A DNA stretch of 63,532 bases, the filler included, from Octopus bimaculoides (taxonomy: Eukaryota), in the NCBI RefSeq assembly GCF_001194135.2. It is 5 parts of 4 records of this genome, joined end to end, with 100 filler letters (N's around TTAATTAATTAA, not from the genome) between each part and the next. Parts side by side here need not be neighbours in the genome. Positions count along the whole stretch, not along the records: positions 23,368 to 32,139 come from NC_068991.1; positions 32,240 to 39,334 come from NC_069007.1; 3 more parts are not named here. One strand, written 5' to 3'. The notes below the pieces were generated by a model, which saw nothing but the letters and a program-made list of their open reading frames with translations, was not told where the DNA came from and did not search any database. Shown here one piece after another: positions 24,811 to 37,089 of the stretch (its first letter is position 1; every line of letters starts with the position of its first letter). The position numbers and the translations under genes are program-made.

Positions 24811-25455
24811 TTCCGCCGAGGTCGACTTTGTCTTTCATCTTTTCGGGGTCGATAAATTAAGTACCAGTGAAATACTGGAGTCAATGTATTCGACTAGTCA
24901 CTTCCCCACAAATTTCAGGCCATGTGCCTTTAATAGAAAGGATAATTATTATTAAGGCGGCGCACTGGCAGTCACCGAGGTCGACTTATCCGTTTATCCT
25001 TTCAGTAGTACTACTAATTTATTAATATTAATTTCTTCAGGCAGTGAGCAGACAGAATCGCTATCACGCCGGGCGAAATGCTAAGCGATATTTCGTCTGT
25101 CTTTACGTTTTGAGTTCAAATTCCGCCGAGGTCGACTTTGCCTTTCATCCTTTCAGGGTCGATAAATTAAGTACCAGTTGCGTACTGGGGTCGATCTAAT
25201 CGACTGGCCCCCTCCTACAAAATTTCGGACGTTGTACCTAGAATAGAAACGAATCGTTAGCACGCCGGGCGAAATGCTTAGCGGAATTTCGTCTGTCTTC
25301 ACGTTCTGAGTTCAAATTCCGCCGAGGTCGACTTTGCGTTTCATCCTTTCGGGGTCAATAAATTAAGTACCAGTTGCGTACTGGGATCGATCTAATTGAC
25401 TGGCCTCCTCCCCCAAAATTTCGGGCCTTGTTCCTAGAGTAGAAAAGAGTATTAA
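24811..25455 (+). mobile_element. Head-to-tail cluster of four SINE family C copies
   Basis: CCGAGGTCGACTT occurs four times; copies at ~24811-24952, 24954-25005, 25039-25250 and 25251-25455; B-box-like GAGTTCAAATTCC. Confidence 0.9.
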
Positions 25456-26399
25456 TTTCTTCGATTGCCTTTTAACAAAAGACTTCCTACCTACACACAC
25501 TCCTCCTCTCTGTTGTTTCTTCTCTNNNNNNNNNNNNNNNNNNNNNNNNNNNNNNNNNNNNNNNNNNNNNNNNNNNNNNNNNNNNNNNNNNNNNNNNNNN
25601 NNNNNNNNNNNNNNNNNNNNNNNNNNNNNNNNNNNNNNNNNNNNNNNNNNNNNNNNNNNNNNNNNNNNNNNNNNNNNNNNNNNNNNNNNNNNNNNNNNNN
25701 NNNNNNNNNNNNNNNNNNNNNNNNNNNNNNNNNNNNNNNNNNNNNNNNNNNNNNNNNNNNNNNNNNNNNNNNNNNNNNNNNNNNNNNNNNNNNNNNNNNN
25801 NNNNNNNNNNNNNNNNNNNNNNNNNNNNNNNNNNNNNNNNNNNNNNNNNNNNNNNNNNNNNNNNNNNNNNNNNNNNNNNNNNNNNNNNNNNNNNNNNNNN
25901 NNNNNNNNNNNNNNNNNNNNNNNNNNNNNNNNNNNNNNNNNNNNNNNNNNNNNNNNNNNNNNNNNNNNNNNNNNNNNNNNNNNNNNNNNNNNNNNNNNNN
26001 NNNNNNNNNNNNNNNNNNNNNNNNNNNNNNNNNNNNNNNNNNNNNNNNNNNNNNNNNNNNNNNNNNNNNNNNNNNNNNNNNNNNNNNNNNNNNNNNNNNN
26101 NNNNNNNNNNNNNNNNNNNNNNNNNNNNNNNNNNNNNNNNNNNNNNNNNNNNNNNNNNNNNNNNNNNNNNNNNNNNNNNNNNNNNNNNNNNNNNNNNNNN
26201 NNNNNNNNNNNNNNNNNNNNNNNNNNNNNNNNNNNNNNNNNNNNNNNNNNNNNNNNNNNNNNNNNNNNNNNNNNNNNNNNNNNNNNNNNNNNNNNNNNNN
26301 NNNNNNNNNNNNNNNNNNNNNNNNNNNNNNNNNNNNNNNNNNNNNNNNNNNNNNNNNNNNNNNNNNNNNNNNNNNNNNNNNNNNNNNNNNNNNNNNNNA

Positions 26400-26770
26400 A
26401 CAATTCAAAGTGAATTACTCCTTTGCAATCCCACCAGATAGAGAGAAGAACCTTTTTCCCATGAAGTTCCCTTCTCGGTTGTGGTTGAGCCTTTTCCTGT
26501 TACCAAGCCACTGTTTATGACGTTTAACATTTCGATAGAAGATCCATTTTTCGTCACCAGTCACAAGTCTATCCCAAAAGGCTGAAATGAGTTCGCGAGA
26601 ACGGAGAGAAGAGCAGATGTCAACTCGGGATTTGCGATTGCTTTCGGACAATGCACGAGGCACCCATTTTCCAAGTTTAGGAACCTTTCCAAGTTGTTGA
26701 AGATAACGATGAACAGTTGTATGGTTTGAACTAAGCTTTATTGCCAATTCTTCAACTGGTAAAGAGTGAG
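26400..26770 (-). pseudogene. Mariner (DD34D-type) transposase central fragment
   Basis: TVHRYLQQLGKVPKLGKWVPRAL...RLVTGDEKWIFYRN.KR..QW and WWDCKGVIHFEL; truncated by the gap. Confidence 0.9.
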
Positions 26771-26829
26771 GGAGAGTTCTGTCCGATTTTACCTTTTGTA
26801 AAATTGAATGAAATTTAATAGTATTTTCT

Positions 26830-27030
26830 AATGTCTAATGCTTTTTCTGCTTTGATACTGGTGATACGTTTCCCTCTTCAGTCTCTAGCTCCTTACAAAC
26901 TTTGTAGACGAAAGATTTGACAACTTTTAAAAATCGAAATATTTCTAAATCACTATGCTCAACCTTTATAACCACAATAACAGCATGCCTCTTCATTTCT
27001 TGAGTAAGCTGAGGGTCTGGCATTATTAGT
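26830..27030 (-). pseudogene. Tc1/mariner-superfamily transposase N-terminus (possibly DD37D/maT-like)
   Basis: MKRHAVIV...LEIFRFLKVVKSFVYKVCKEL is an HTH-like start; the family assignment rests on recall only. Confidence 0.45.
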
Positions 27031-27131
27031 TTCTGAAACAGAGATTATACACAGTTAGCAAAATATGCAGCAATAACCCCAAAAAGTATGTCCTCAAATA
27101 CCTTACGCGCCCTGTATCTATCTATATATAT

Positions 27132-27511
27132 CAGGGACGTGCCATCTAGGCAGGCAAGGTAGGCACTGCCTACCTTGGGTAAAATAGATCGATAGCAACA
27201 TTTTCTTATCATGGCAACATATGCACCTAATTCCATAAAATCCCGAAGGTTACTCTGATTACTATGTATAAAATGCAAAATAGGTAGGCAAAATTAGGTA
27301 GGCATAATTCGTCCCTGCTTTTCACTCCCAGTATTTAAGTTACGCACAATACTGATGTAGTGCATGTGCCGCGTACATTCTTACAACGAAGTTTCCTTTA
27401 CGTGCTATAAAGGCAGAAGTAAATCTGCCTTCAACTCAGTCGCGCGCCTGTGTTTCGCTTATTTTTTGTGTGTGTTTTACTACATAAAGGTCAGCTACTG
27501 ACGGCACGTGC

Positions 27512-27514
<3 letters not shown>
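27132..27514. mobile_element. hAT-type MITE, 383 bp, in an (AT)n site
   Basis: TIRs CAGGGACGTGCCATC / GACGGCACGTGCCTG (13/15); 8-bp ATATATAT on both sides; subterminal TAGGCA repeats. Confidence 0.8.
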
Positions 27515-27559
<45 letters not shown>

Positions 27560-27811
27560 TATATACTTCTAACTTATATATATTTATATATAATAGTATT
27601 GTTATGCAATTTCAACCATATATATAAGTACATAACACACCGGAGTGAATACTTCGTGGCATTTCTCCCCTCTTTACATTCTCAGCTCAATTTCCACCGA
27701 AGTGTGTATCGGTTGAGCACTGGGGTCAAATGTATTCAAGGAACCCCCTTTCCCCTAAATTCCTGGATTTGTGGCTATAACAGAAAAAAATAGTCTATGT
27801 ATGTATGTATG

Positions 27812-27901
27812 TCTCTTCGTTTGTTTAATTATTATAAATCTTCCTCTGTGGAGGAAACCGGTTTCCAACAAAAATACAAGGCTCCATCTTTGGGATGTGG
27901 G
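27812..27901 (-). mobile_element. 90-bp 3'-terminal fragment related to the R4-family 3' UTR, embedded in (CATA)n
   Basis: Minus strand GGAGCCTTGTATTTTTGTTGGAAACCGG aligns with GGAGCCTTGAATTTATGTTAGAGTCCGG at 1411-1438; (TATG)n on both flanks. Confidence 0.6.
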
Positions 27902-28064
27902 TATGTATGTATGCATGTATGTATGTATTTATGTTTGTATGTATATATGTATGTATGTTTAGATAAATATATAGACAGGTATAAAGGGAGAAAGAGAGAG
28001 GAGGATGAAGACAAAGAGTGACAGGGGAACGGAAAACCAGAGAGACAGAGTGAGTGTGAGAGAC

Positions 28065-28250
28065 ATTTGTCCCCTTCATAGATAATGGTCGTATTTTGAA
28101 ACACAGAAGGAGCAGAGAGCTGGGATCTGAATCGAGGAGTAGGGGTCACCTGCACTTATCATACGAGGATGTGTGAAAGTGTGACATCAAAGCGACTGGC
28201 ATCAACCCTGACACGTGCGAAGCAGCAGCCACAGAGAGCAGCACTCAAAT
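28065..28250 (+). mobile_element. RTE-clade (BovB-like) LINE C-terminal fragment
   Basis: DNGRILK...RGHLHLSYEDV*KCDIKATGINPDTCEAAA (cf. DGRIPK...GRP.LRYKDVCKRD). Confidence 0.7.
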
Positions 28251-28846
28251 CTAACTGCATGTGACACACGGATTAAGTTGTATGTATCTCTTCCCCCTCT
28301 GTCTATCTCTCTTTCTCTCTCTCTTTCTCTNNNNNNNNNNNNNNNNNNNNNNNNNNNNNNNNNNNNNNNNNNNNNNNNNNNNNNNNNNNNNNNNNNNNNN
28401 NNNNNNNNNNNNNNNNNNNNNNNNNNNNNNNNNNNNNNNNNNNNNNNNNNNNNNNNNNNNNNNNNNNNNNNNNNNNNNNNNNNNNNNNNNNNNNNNNNNN
28501 NNNNNNNNNNNNNNNNNNNNNNNNNNNNNNNNNNNNNNNNNNNNNNNNNNNNNNNNNNNNNNNNNNNNNNNNNNNNNNNNNNNNNNNNNNNNNNNNNNNN
28601 NNNNNNNNNNNNNNNNNNNNNNNNNNNNNNNNNNNNNNNNNNNNNNNNNNNNNNNNNNNNNNNNNNNNNNNNNNNNNNNNNNNNNNNNNNNNNNNNNNNN
28701 NNNNNNNNNNNNNNNNNNNNNNNNNNNNNNNNNNNNNNNNNNNNNNNNNTATATATATATATACAGAAGGAGGGAGAGAGGTGGGAAAATGGGAAAATAG
28801 AGAGAGAGTGAGTGGGAGGGAGAGAGAGTAAAAGATAGAGATAGAA

Positions 28847-28898
<52 letters not shown>

Positions 28899-28899
28899 T

Positions 28900-29035
28900 C
28901 TACTATTTGTTTCAGTCATTGGACTGCAGCCATGCTGGGGTTTTCAGCCTGGTAGTAATTCTATTGGTCTCTTGCCGACCAACTGAAAAATTACGGCGAC
29001 GTAAACACGCCAACTGCTTTCAAGTGTTGCTAGGA
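28900..29035 (-). mobile_element. SINE family B 3' fragment
   Basis: TTTGTTTCAGTCATTGGACTGCAGCCATGCTGG...GACGTAAACAC. Confidence 0.75.
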
Positions 29036-29997
29036 AAAAACTCAATGACATACATACATACATGTATATATATATATCAGAGGCGACTCCAAGTCATCAG
29101 CGTCAATCGGTCTCATCACAGATATTACATAAGACACATGCCTGCTCGAAGTATTTCACTTTTTTCTAACCCAAAATGGCTTACGTTTTTTTTTTATATC
29201 TAGCAGTATGTCTTTCTCCATTTCTAGTTAAGGTTAAAAATAAAACAACCCTGCAAAACACAACTGATCGTGACACACAGACGAACAGAATTACAGCAAT
29301 CAAATAACGACAGCGGTGTCCATAACAAGCATCGTCGATCTGACTGTCACCTGTACTCTTGACAAGAGATACCACAATTAGTCTTTTATATCTACCAGGC
29401 TCGTTCGTATGAGCCTGAGTTGCTGGATAATTTTTGGTTTCTTTAAGAATATTGTGGAAGGGAAAGTTTTCATATATTGGAATCTAAATTCTAATCCCTA
29501 TAGAAATCTGTTTCAAGATTATAGATAACAACTCGGGCTGTAGCTTTTGAACCCGAGTCAGGCGGGTGCGAACGATGTCTGTCCTTGTTTGTCCCTTCTA
29601 TATTTAAACTCGTGTGGGCAATAAAGACATAAGAAGACATTTGTTCAAGATGCGAACTAGTGGGACTGAACCTTGAAGCATGTGGATGAGAAGCTAACTT
29701 CTTTTCCCTATGCCACACACACACACACATTCAGTTTCCAGACATCTACATAAATTGGGTTGTTTCACGAAGATTAGACCTGTCTCAATCTGGAAGTCTA
29801 TTCAATGCAGTTTGGTTAAAACAACACTGATGTCACATCTGTCCTAACGTAATCGTTGGTGGCAAAATACAACTCGAACAATGCATGCCTTAAAAATTAT
29901 CTCTCATGTTTTCTACTCGCCAACATTGTTAAATGAGAACCCCTGCGCAACACTGGTTGGCTCAAAGAATAGTATCATATGTGTATATATATATGTG

Positions 29998-30154
29998 TGT
30001 GTTTTTCTCCTTGTTTTCTCCTTATTCTTTCTGTTGAAGAGCGTAGCTCGAAACGTTAAAGATATTCTCTATTTCCGAGCGTTAAACTAATACATCCTTT
30101 TGTTGTTTACACCACCTGTCCTCGTCTGTTGTTGTATTTTTCGTAAATTCTCCC
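29998..30154 (+). mobile_element. PLE-type terminal repeat P1, copy 2, with hammerhead motif at 30026-30062, ending in (AT)n
   Basis: Hammerhead motif identical to 6623-6659 over 37 nt. Confidence 0.7.
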
Positions 30155-30231
<77 letters not shown>

Positions 30232-30839
30232 ACGATATGGTTCCTGCTTCGAATTCACTGCTCAGTATGTTGACCAATTATTTTTTTTTCTATAACCGTG
30301 CCAGCGACAACCCATTCTTTTTATCTGATATTAGGAATAAACAAACTGTGTGAAAGTCTACTAAGTGGGTTGTTAATTCTTTGGCTGGAAGAATTTACCT
30401 CTCACCCAGTTTAACACTATTCAGATAAAACTCCTATTCAGGTAACAATCACATTATTACAAACCTACCGATTCAAATCTCCAGTGTATGGTTTAACAAA
30501 GGGCCCCGGTGTTTCCCTATATTTCTTCCATGTGTCTCAGGGACCCTAATGCAAAATTTAGTGGGATGAGTGCTGGCCACAGCTACTCTGACTAACGCAT
30601 AGAACAATGCAGAGAACCGCACGATGTATGAATAATGTGTAAATAAACGAAGAAGTGTAGGCGTGTATTTGCAAGTTAGTTGTTGACATGTGAATAAAAT
30701 ATGCTATATTAACACATGTTTACAGAAATACATTCCGAATAATGGGGGTGATTATCTCACAAAAGACTTGCATTTAATAATCTGCCTTTACCAAGGTACT
30801 AGGCTTCTTCACTCCACCCTCACTCACATCTCTCTCACA

Positions 30840-30879
<40 letters not shown>

Positions 30880-31111
30880 ATATATATGTATATGTGTGTG
30901 TGTGTGTGTCGATATAAATATAGATATATATAGCTAGATAGATAAGCATAGATAGATTTATAGATAGATATACATACATATACATATATATATAAATATC
31001 TATGTATTTATTATATAATACGTATATATGTGCGTGTATATGCTTATCCAGCTATTTTTCCATTTGCATATAACTACACAAACGTTTAAGTATATATATA
31101 TATATGTGAGG

Positions 31112-31162
<51 letters not shown>

Positions 31163-31714
31163 NNNNNNNNNNNNNNNNNNNNNNNNNNNNNNNNNNNNNN
31201 NNNNNNNNNNNNNNNNNNNNNNNNNNNNNNNNNNNNNNNNNNNNNNNNNNNNNNNNNNNNNNNNNNNNNNNNNNNNNNNNNNNNNNNNNNNNNNNNNNNN
31301 NNNNNNNNNNNNNNNNNNNNNNNNNNNNNNNNNNNNNNNNNNNNNNNNNNNNNNNNNNNNNNNNNNNNNNNNNNNNNNNNNNNNNNNNNNNNNNNNNNNN
31401 NNNNNNNNNNNNNNNNNNNNNNNNNNNNNNNNNNNNNNNNNNNNNNNNNNNNNNNNNNGGGGGGGGGAGGTGAAGGGGAGAGATGGGGTTTAGGATGAAA
31501 GCAAGAAAGGAAGAGGTACCGAGTAAATAGAACATTGATGGAGAGGATAGAGACAGATTATTGCGAAAAAGGGAGAGAGAAATAATCATATATGTATAGA
31601 TAGCAGTTGATGTATGTGTGTGTATATGTGTGTATGGGCGTGTATGTGTATCTATAGGACAGGATAGGATAAAGTATCCTATACTATCCCATTCTATGTA
31701 TGTATGTATGTATG

Positions 31715-31745
<31 letters not shown>

Positions 31746-31792
31746 GTATGTATGTATGTGTGTATCTATCTATCTATCTATCTATCTATCTA

Positions 31793-32139
31793 ATGGGCGG
31801 TAGTGGCACGGCGGTACTCTTTCGCAAGAGTCTGGATCTCGAAGTAAAGACAGTATTCATAGACCCGGAGGGTAGATTGGTTGTTCTGGATGTCGATGGC
31901 AGCGATGGGTGTGCTTTTCGACTCATATCAGTATACGCACCACCTTTAACAGGTAGGCCGGATTTCTTTCGACGTCTAGAAGTATTCCTAGGAACGTCTC
32001 GTCCTTTACTTTTAGTGGGGGATTGGAATGCTACCTTGGACACGCATCTAGACTATGTTGGCAGAGATAGGAATAGACGGGGATGCAAATGCCTCAAAGA
32101 CCTGCTCAGACGCTTTCAACTGTCTGACAGGTACCGACT
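31793..32139 (+). mobile_element. Tx1/L1-clade LINE fragment: apurinic-type endonuclease (APE) domain, uninterrupted frame, cut by a gap
   Basis: GTAVLFRKSL...DPEGRLVVLDV...FRLISVYAP...LVGDWNATLD...LSDRYR. Confidence 0.85.
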
Positions 32140-32239
32140 NNNNNNNNNNNNNNNNNNNNNNNNNNNNNNNNNNNNNNNNNNNNTTAATTAATTAANNNNN
32201 NNNNNNNNNNNNNNNNNNNNNNNNNNNNNNNNNNNNNNN

Positions 32240-32304
32240 AACTCAGACGGACGAAATACTGCTAAGCATTTTACTTGGCGTGCTGACGATTCTGTCAGTT
32301 CGCC
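32240..32304 (-). mobile_element. SINE family C 5' end
   Basis: Reverse complement GGCGAACTGACAGAATCGTCAGCACGCC...CTGAGTT. Confidence 0.8.
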
Positions 32305-32341
<37 letters not shown>

Positions 32342-32342
<1 letters not shown>

Positions 32343-32540
32343 GCCCTGGGAACAGTGACGTGGAACAGACAGGGAGACAGGGGCTGCAATAAGGGCGGAG
32401 CACTTGCAGAAAACAGCTCTGCTTGGAACCGCTCGAATACTCCGGAAGGTGCTCGAAAAATAAGAGGTGTTACCTTAGTTCACTGGTAGTGAACAGCTGA
32501 CACTGTAGTACATCTCCAGCGTTAAAAGCTGTGCAAAGGC
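32342..32540 (+). mobile_element. 5'-truncated Dong-type (R4 clade) retrotransposon end inside (TAA)n
   Basis: ALGTVT...EHLQKTALLGTARILRKVLEK* (stop 32461-32463), the typical R4/Dong C-terminus; (TAA)n at 32305-32341 and (CAA)3(TAA)n from 32541. Confidence 0.85.
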
Positions 32541-32549
32541 AACAACAAC

Positions 32550-32635
<86 letters not shown>

Positions 32636-33204
32636 CAACAAAAAGATTTACGAATCAAATTATACCAAATACAAACCAGAACAAAAATAGTGACGAAGTG
32701 TATGTATGTATGGGGCGGGCGGCTATAAGCAGTAGAGCGTCCTTAATGTCGTATTGTGTTGAGTGTAGAGTCTCATTGTGTTATTTTGTAAACTGAAGCG
32801 GTTTTCCTGTCTTTGACGTTTGGTCGCGGGGTTTCTGTCATCATGTGAGCGATCCAGAAATAGGGGTTTGTTCATCAAGAACAATAGACGAACAGAATTA
32901 GAGAATTGGTGGGGGTTTTTTATGTTTTTTTATCGAATATAATGTCACCTGAAATGTCAATGTACATGTACATACATATATATGTACATGCATACACACA
33001 CACACACATACAAGCGCACGAGTGCGCCACATTCATTCATAGTTATGTATATGTACATACACAAATACACGTGTACATAGTACATATACATATACATACA
33101 TATATCTCACATAGACACATATACATACACATACTCAGACATATATTTATACACCGCTTACACATTTACAGATATACAACTACACTCACATACAAATATA
33201 TATG

Positions 33205-33252
<48 letters not shown>

Positions 33253-34216
33253 NNNNNNNNNNNNNNNNNNNNNNNNNNNNNNNNNNNNNNNNNNNNNNNN
33301 NNNNNNNNNNNNNNNNNNNNNNNNNNNNNNNNNNNNNNNNNNNNNNNNNNNNNNNNNNNNNNNNNNNNNNNNNNNNNNNNNNNNNNNNNNNNNNNNNNNN
33401 NNNNNNNNNNNNNNNNNNNNNNNNNNNNNNNNNNNNNNNNNNNNNNNNNNNNNNNNNNNNNNNNNNNNNNNNNNNNNNNNNNNNNNNNNNNNNNNNNNNN
33501 NNNNNNNNNNNNNNNNNNNNNNNNNNNNNNNNNNNNNNNNNNNNNNNNNNNNNNNNNNNNNNNNNNNNNNNNNNNNNNNNNNNNNNNNNNNNNNNNNNNN
33601 NNNNNNNNNNNNNNNNNNNNNNNNNNNNNNNNNNNNNNNNNNNNNNNNNNNNNNNNNNNNNNNNNNNNNNNNNNNNNNNNNNNNNNNNNNNNNNNNNNNN
33701 NNNNNNNNNNNNNNNNNNNNNNNNNNNNNNNNNNNNNNNNNNNNNNNNNNNNNNNNNNNNNNNNNNNNNNNNNNNNNNNNNNNNNNNNNNNNNNNNNNNN
33801 NNNNNNNNNNNNNNNNNNNNNNNNNNNNNNNNNNNNNNNNNNNNNNNNNNNNNNNNNNNNNNNNNNNNNNNNNNNNNNNNNNNNNNNNNNNNNNNNNNNN
33901 NNNNNNNNNNNNNNNNNNNNNNNNNNNNNNNNNNNNNNNNNNNNNNNNNNNNNNNNNNNNNNNNNNNNNNNNNNNNNNNNNNNNNNNNNNNNNNNNNNNN
34001 NNNNNNNNNNNNNNNNNNNNNNNNNNNNNNNNNNNNNNNNNNNNNNNNNNNNNNNNNNNNNNNNNNNNNNNNNNNNNNNNNNNNNNNNNNNNNNNNNNNN
34101 NNNNNNNNNNNNNNNNNNNNNNNNNNNNNNNNNNNNNNNNNNNNNNNNNNNNNNNNNNNNNNNNNNNNNNNNNNNNNNNNNNNNNNNNNNNNNNNNNNNN
34201 NNATATATATGTATAT

Positions 34217-35090
34217 ATAACGAAGCATTGGCGCAAAGCAGTGTTTAGGTATGGGCACAATTCAGGCTAGTTGAAATATGTTTGTCACATATTTCAACTA
34301 CTTAAGGCAAATACACTGCAGTTACCTTGGAGAAAAAAAACCTCTCTTATGTTAAAAAAACACGTTCACTGATTCGCGCTAGTAGCTTGCCCGATCGAGA
34401 TAAATAACGAAGTATTGGCGCAAAACAGTGTTTATGTATAATCACAATTTTGGTTAGTTGAAATATGTTTGTCATATATTTCAACTGCTAAAGGCAAATA
34501 CACTGCAGCTACCGTGGAGAAAAAATCTCTCTTATGGTAAAAAGGTGCAGTGTGTTTGCCTTTAGCAGTTGACAGATGGCGACACCGAACGAACTAGGTG
34601 TTTTCACACCTTTTTACTATAAGATAGATTTTTCTCCACGGTAACTACAGTGTATTTGCCTTTGGCAGTTGAAATATGTGACATATTTCAACTAATCTAA
34701 ATTGTGCCCATACCTAAACATTGCTTTGCGCCAATGCTTAGTTATTTACCTCGATCGGGCGATCTACTAGTGCAAATCACTCAACGTGTTGACTGAATTA
34801 TATGTAATACTACAAGTTTTATTTAGTTCGTTCAGAGTTCCCTCCTATAGGTACATCTCATTGACAAGATTCAAAAACTCGAAACATTGATGTCTGAGAT
34901 TCCTGACAGATGCCGACACTGAACGAAATAGCTGTTTTCACACTTTTGTTTCTTTTTACCACAAGAGAGATTTTTCTCCATGGTAACTGCAGTGTATTTA
35001 CCTTAGCAGTTGAAATAATGTACAAACATATTTCAACTAATCTAAATTGTGCTCATACCTAAACACTGCTTTGCGCCAATGCTTCGTTAT
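34217..35090. mobile_element. Foldback-like non-autonomous DNA element: four ~140-bp modules, two direct then two inverted
   Basis: The terminal 37 nt form a perfect inverted repeat (ATAACGAAGCATTGGCGCAAAGCAGTGTTTAGGTATG); (TA)n on both flanks. Confidence 0.85.
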
Positions 35091-35213
35091 ATATATACAC
35101 ACACATATACACACATATACACATGCATATACATATGTGCACTCACCAATTAGGTATTGCATTCACCCACAAACGTCTGCCCGTGTGAAAGGCTGTTGCT
35201 GCTGCTGCTGCTG

Positions 35214-35272
<59 letters not shown>

Positions 35273-35328
35273 ACTACTACTACTACTAATACTGTTACCC
35301 ATCACCACCACCACCACCATCACCACCT

Positions 35329-35378
<50 letters not shown>

Positions 35379-36212
35379 GTTGCTACTGCTACTCCTGCTG
35401 CTGTTGCTGTTTCTATTGCACCTATACAACTGATGGAAGTGCTGTTAGGCAAAATGTTGCAGCAACAGCTCATCTGTGTTCATAATCAGATAAATAGATG
35501 CTGAGAAGAAGAAGAAGAAGAAGAAGAAGAAGAAGAAGAAGAAGAAGAAGAAGAAGAAGAACAACAACAACAACAACAATGTCGTTATCAGCAACAGTTA
35601 CAACAACGACATCCACCATTTATAACACCGCTATCGTCAATAACAATAACAAAAACAATGCCAAAACAAACGCAAAACACAAAACAAGACAAAACCAGGA
35701 GAAGATCAAAAACCAAAACCAAAATATCTCCCAAACGAATATATATATATATAAAAGAAAAGAACAAGAGAACAAAACAAAACAACGTTCTAAATTTTAG
35801 AGATAANNNNNNNNNNNNNNNNNNNNNNNNNNNNNNNNNNNNNNNNNNNNNNNNNNNNNNNNNNNNNNNNNNNNNNNNNNNNNNNNNNNNNNNNNNNNNN
35901 NNNNNNNNNNNNNNNNNNNNNNNNNNNNNNNNNNNNNNNNNNNNNNNNNNNNNNNNNNNNNNNNNNNNNNNNNNNNNNNNNNNNNNNNNNNNNNNNNNNN
36001 NNNNNNNNNNNNNNNNNNNNNNNNNNNNNNNNNNNNNNNNNNNNNNNNNNNNNNNNNNNNNNNNNNNNNNNNNNNNNNNNNNNNNNNNNNNNNNNNNNNN
36101 NNNNNNNNNNNNNNNNNNNNNNNNNNNNNNNNNNNNNNNNNNNNNNNNNNNNNNNNNNNNNNNNNNNNNNNNNNNNNNNNNNNNNNNNNNNNNNNNNNNN
36201 NNNNNNNNNNNN

Positions 36213-36249
<37 letters not shown>

Positions 36250-36469
36250 ATATATATATATATATATGTACATACATACATATATACATACACACACACA
36301 CACATGTATATGCATATGTATATATATAGATATATATATGTATATATATATACATATATGTATATATATACATATACACACATATATATATATACACATG
36401 TATAAGTATATGTATGTATATATATACATATATATGCATATATATACATATATATGTGTAAATATATAT

Positions 36470-36502
<33 letters not shown>

Positions 36503-37089
36503 NNNNNNNNNNATATATATGTATATATAGATATATATGTATATATATATATGTATGTATATACATGTATGTCTATATATGTATATATATATATATATGT
36601 ATTTATATATATGTATCATATATATGTATATATATGTATCATATATCGTATATGTTGTATTATATGTACTTTAAATATCATATGAAACGTATATAACATT
36701 AACAATGTAAAGAAAAAATGTTCTGTAACCAACTCAGACTTTCTATAGTTGCATCGCTTTAAGTTAATAATAGAAGATGGTAAAATTTTTTTCTGAAATC
36801 TTTACTAATTTTAAACAACCTGATGATATTTTGCAGATAATTCAAATTCCAGTTCCGTAAGGAGAATTTTAAAATGTTTAAATTGTCCAAATGTGTTCAA
36901 TAATATGTATTTTATGCTGCTTATTTTTTGCTACTCTATTTTCCTTTGAAGCAGTAACTTTGGAATGAATATACATACATGCACACACACACACACATAT
37001 AAAATGTAGAGTAATATATAAATGTAGGATCCAAGGATCAAGGTGTAGGAAGATAGTAAGCCTCGATCTGTCCGTAGAAGATATAAAAA

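Noticed and set aside
34217-35090. CRISPR-like repeat-spacer array
   Set aside because: Units are ~140 bp, in both orientations, in eukaryotic context with no cas genes; better explained as a foldback element.
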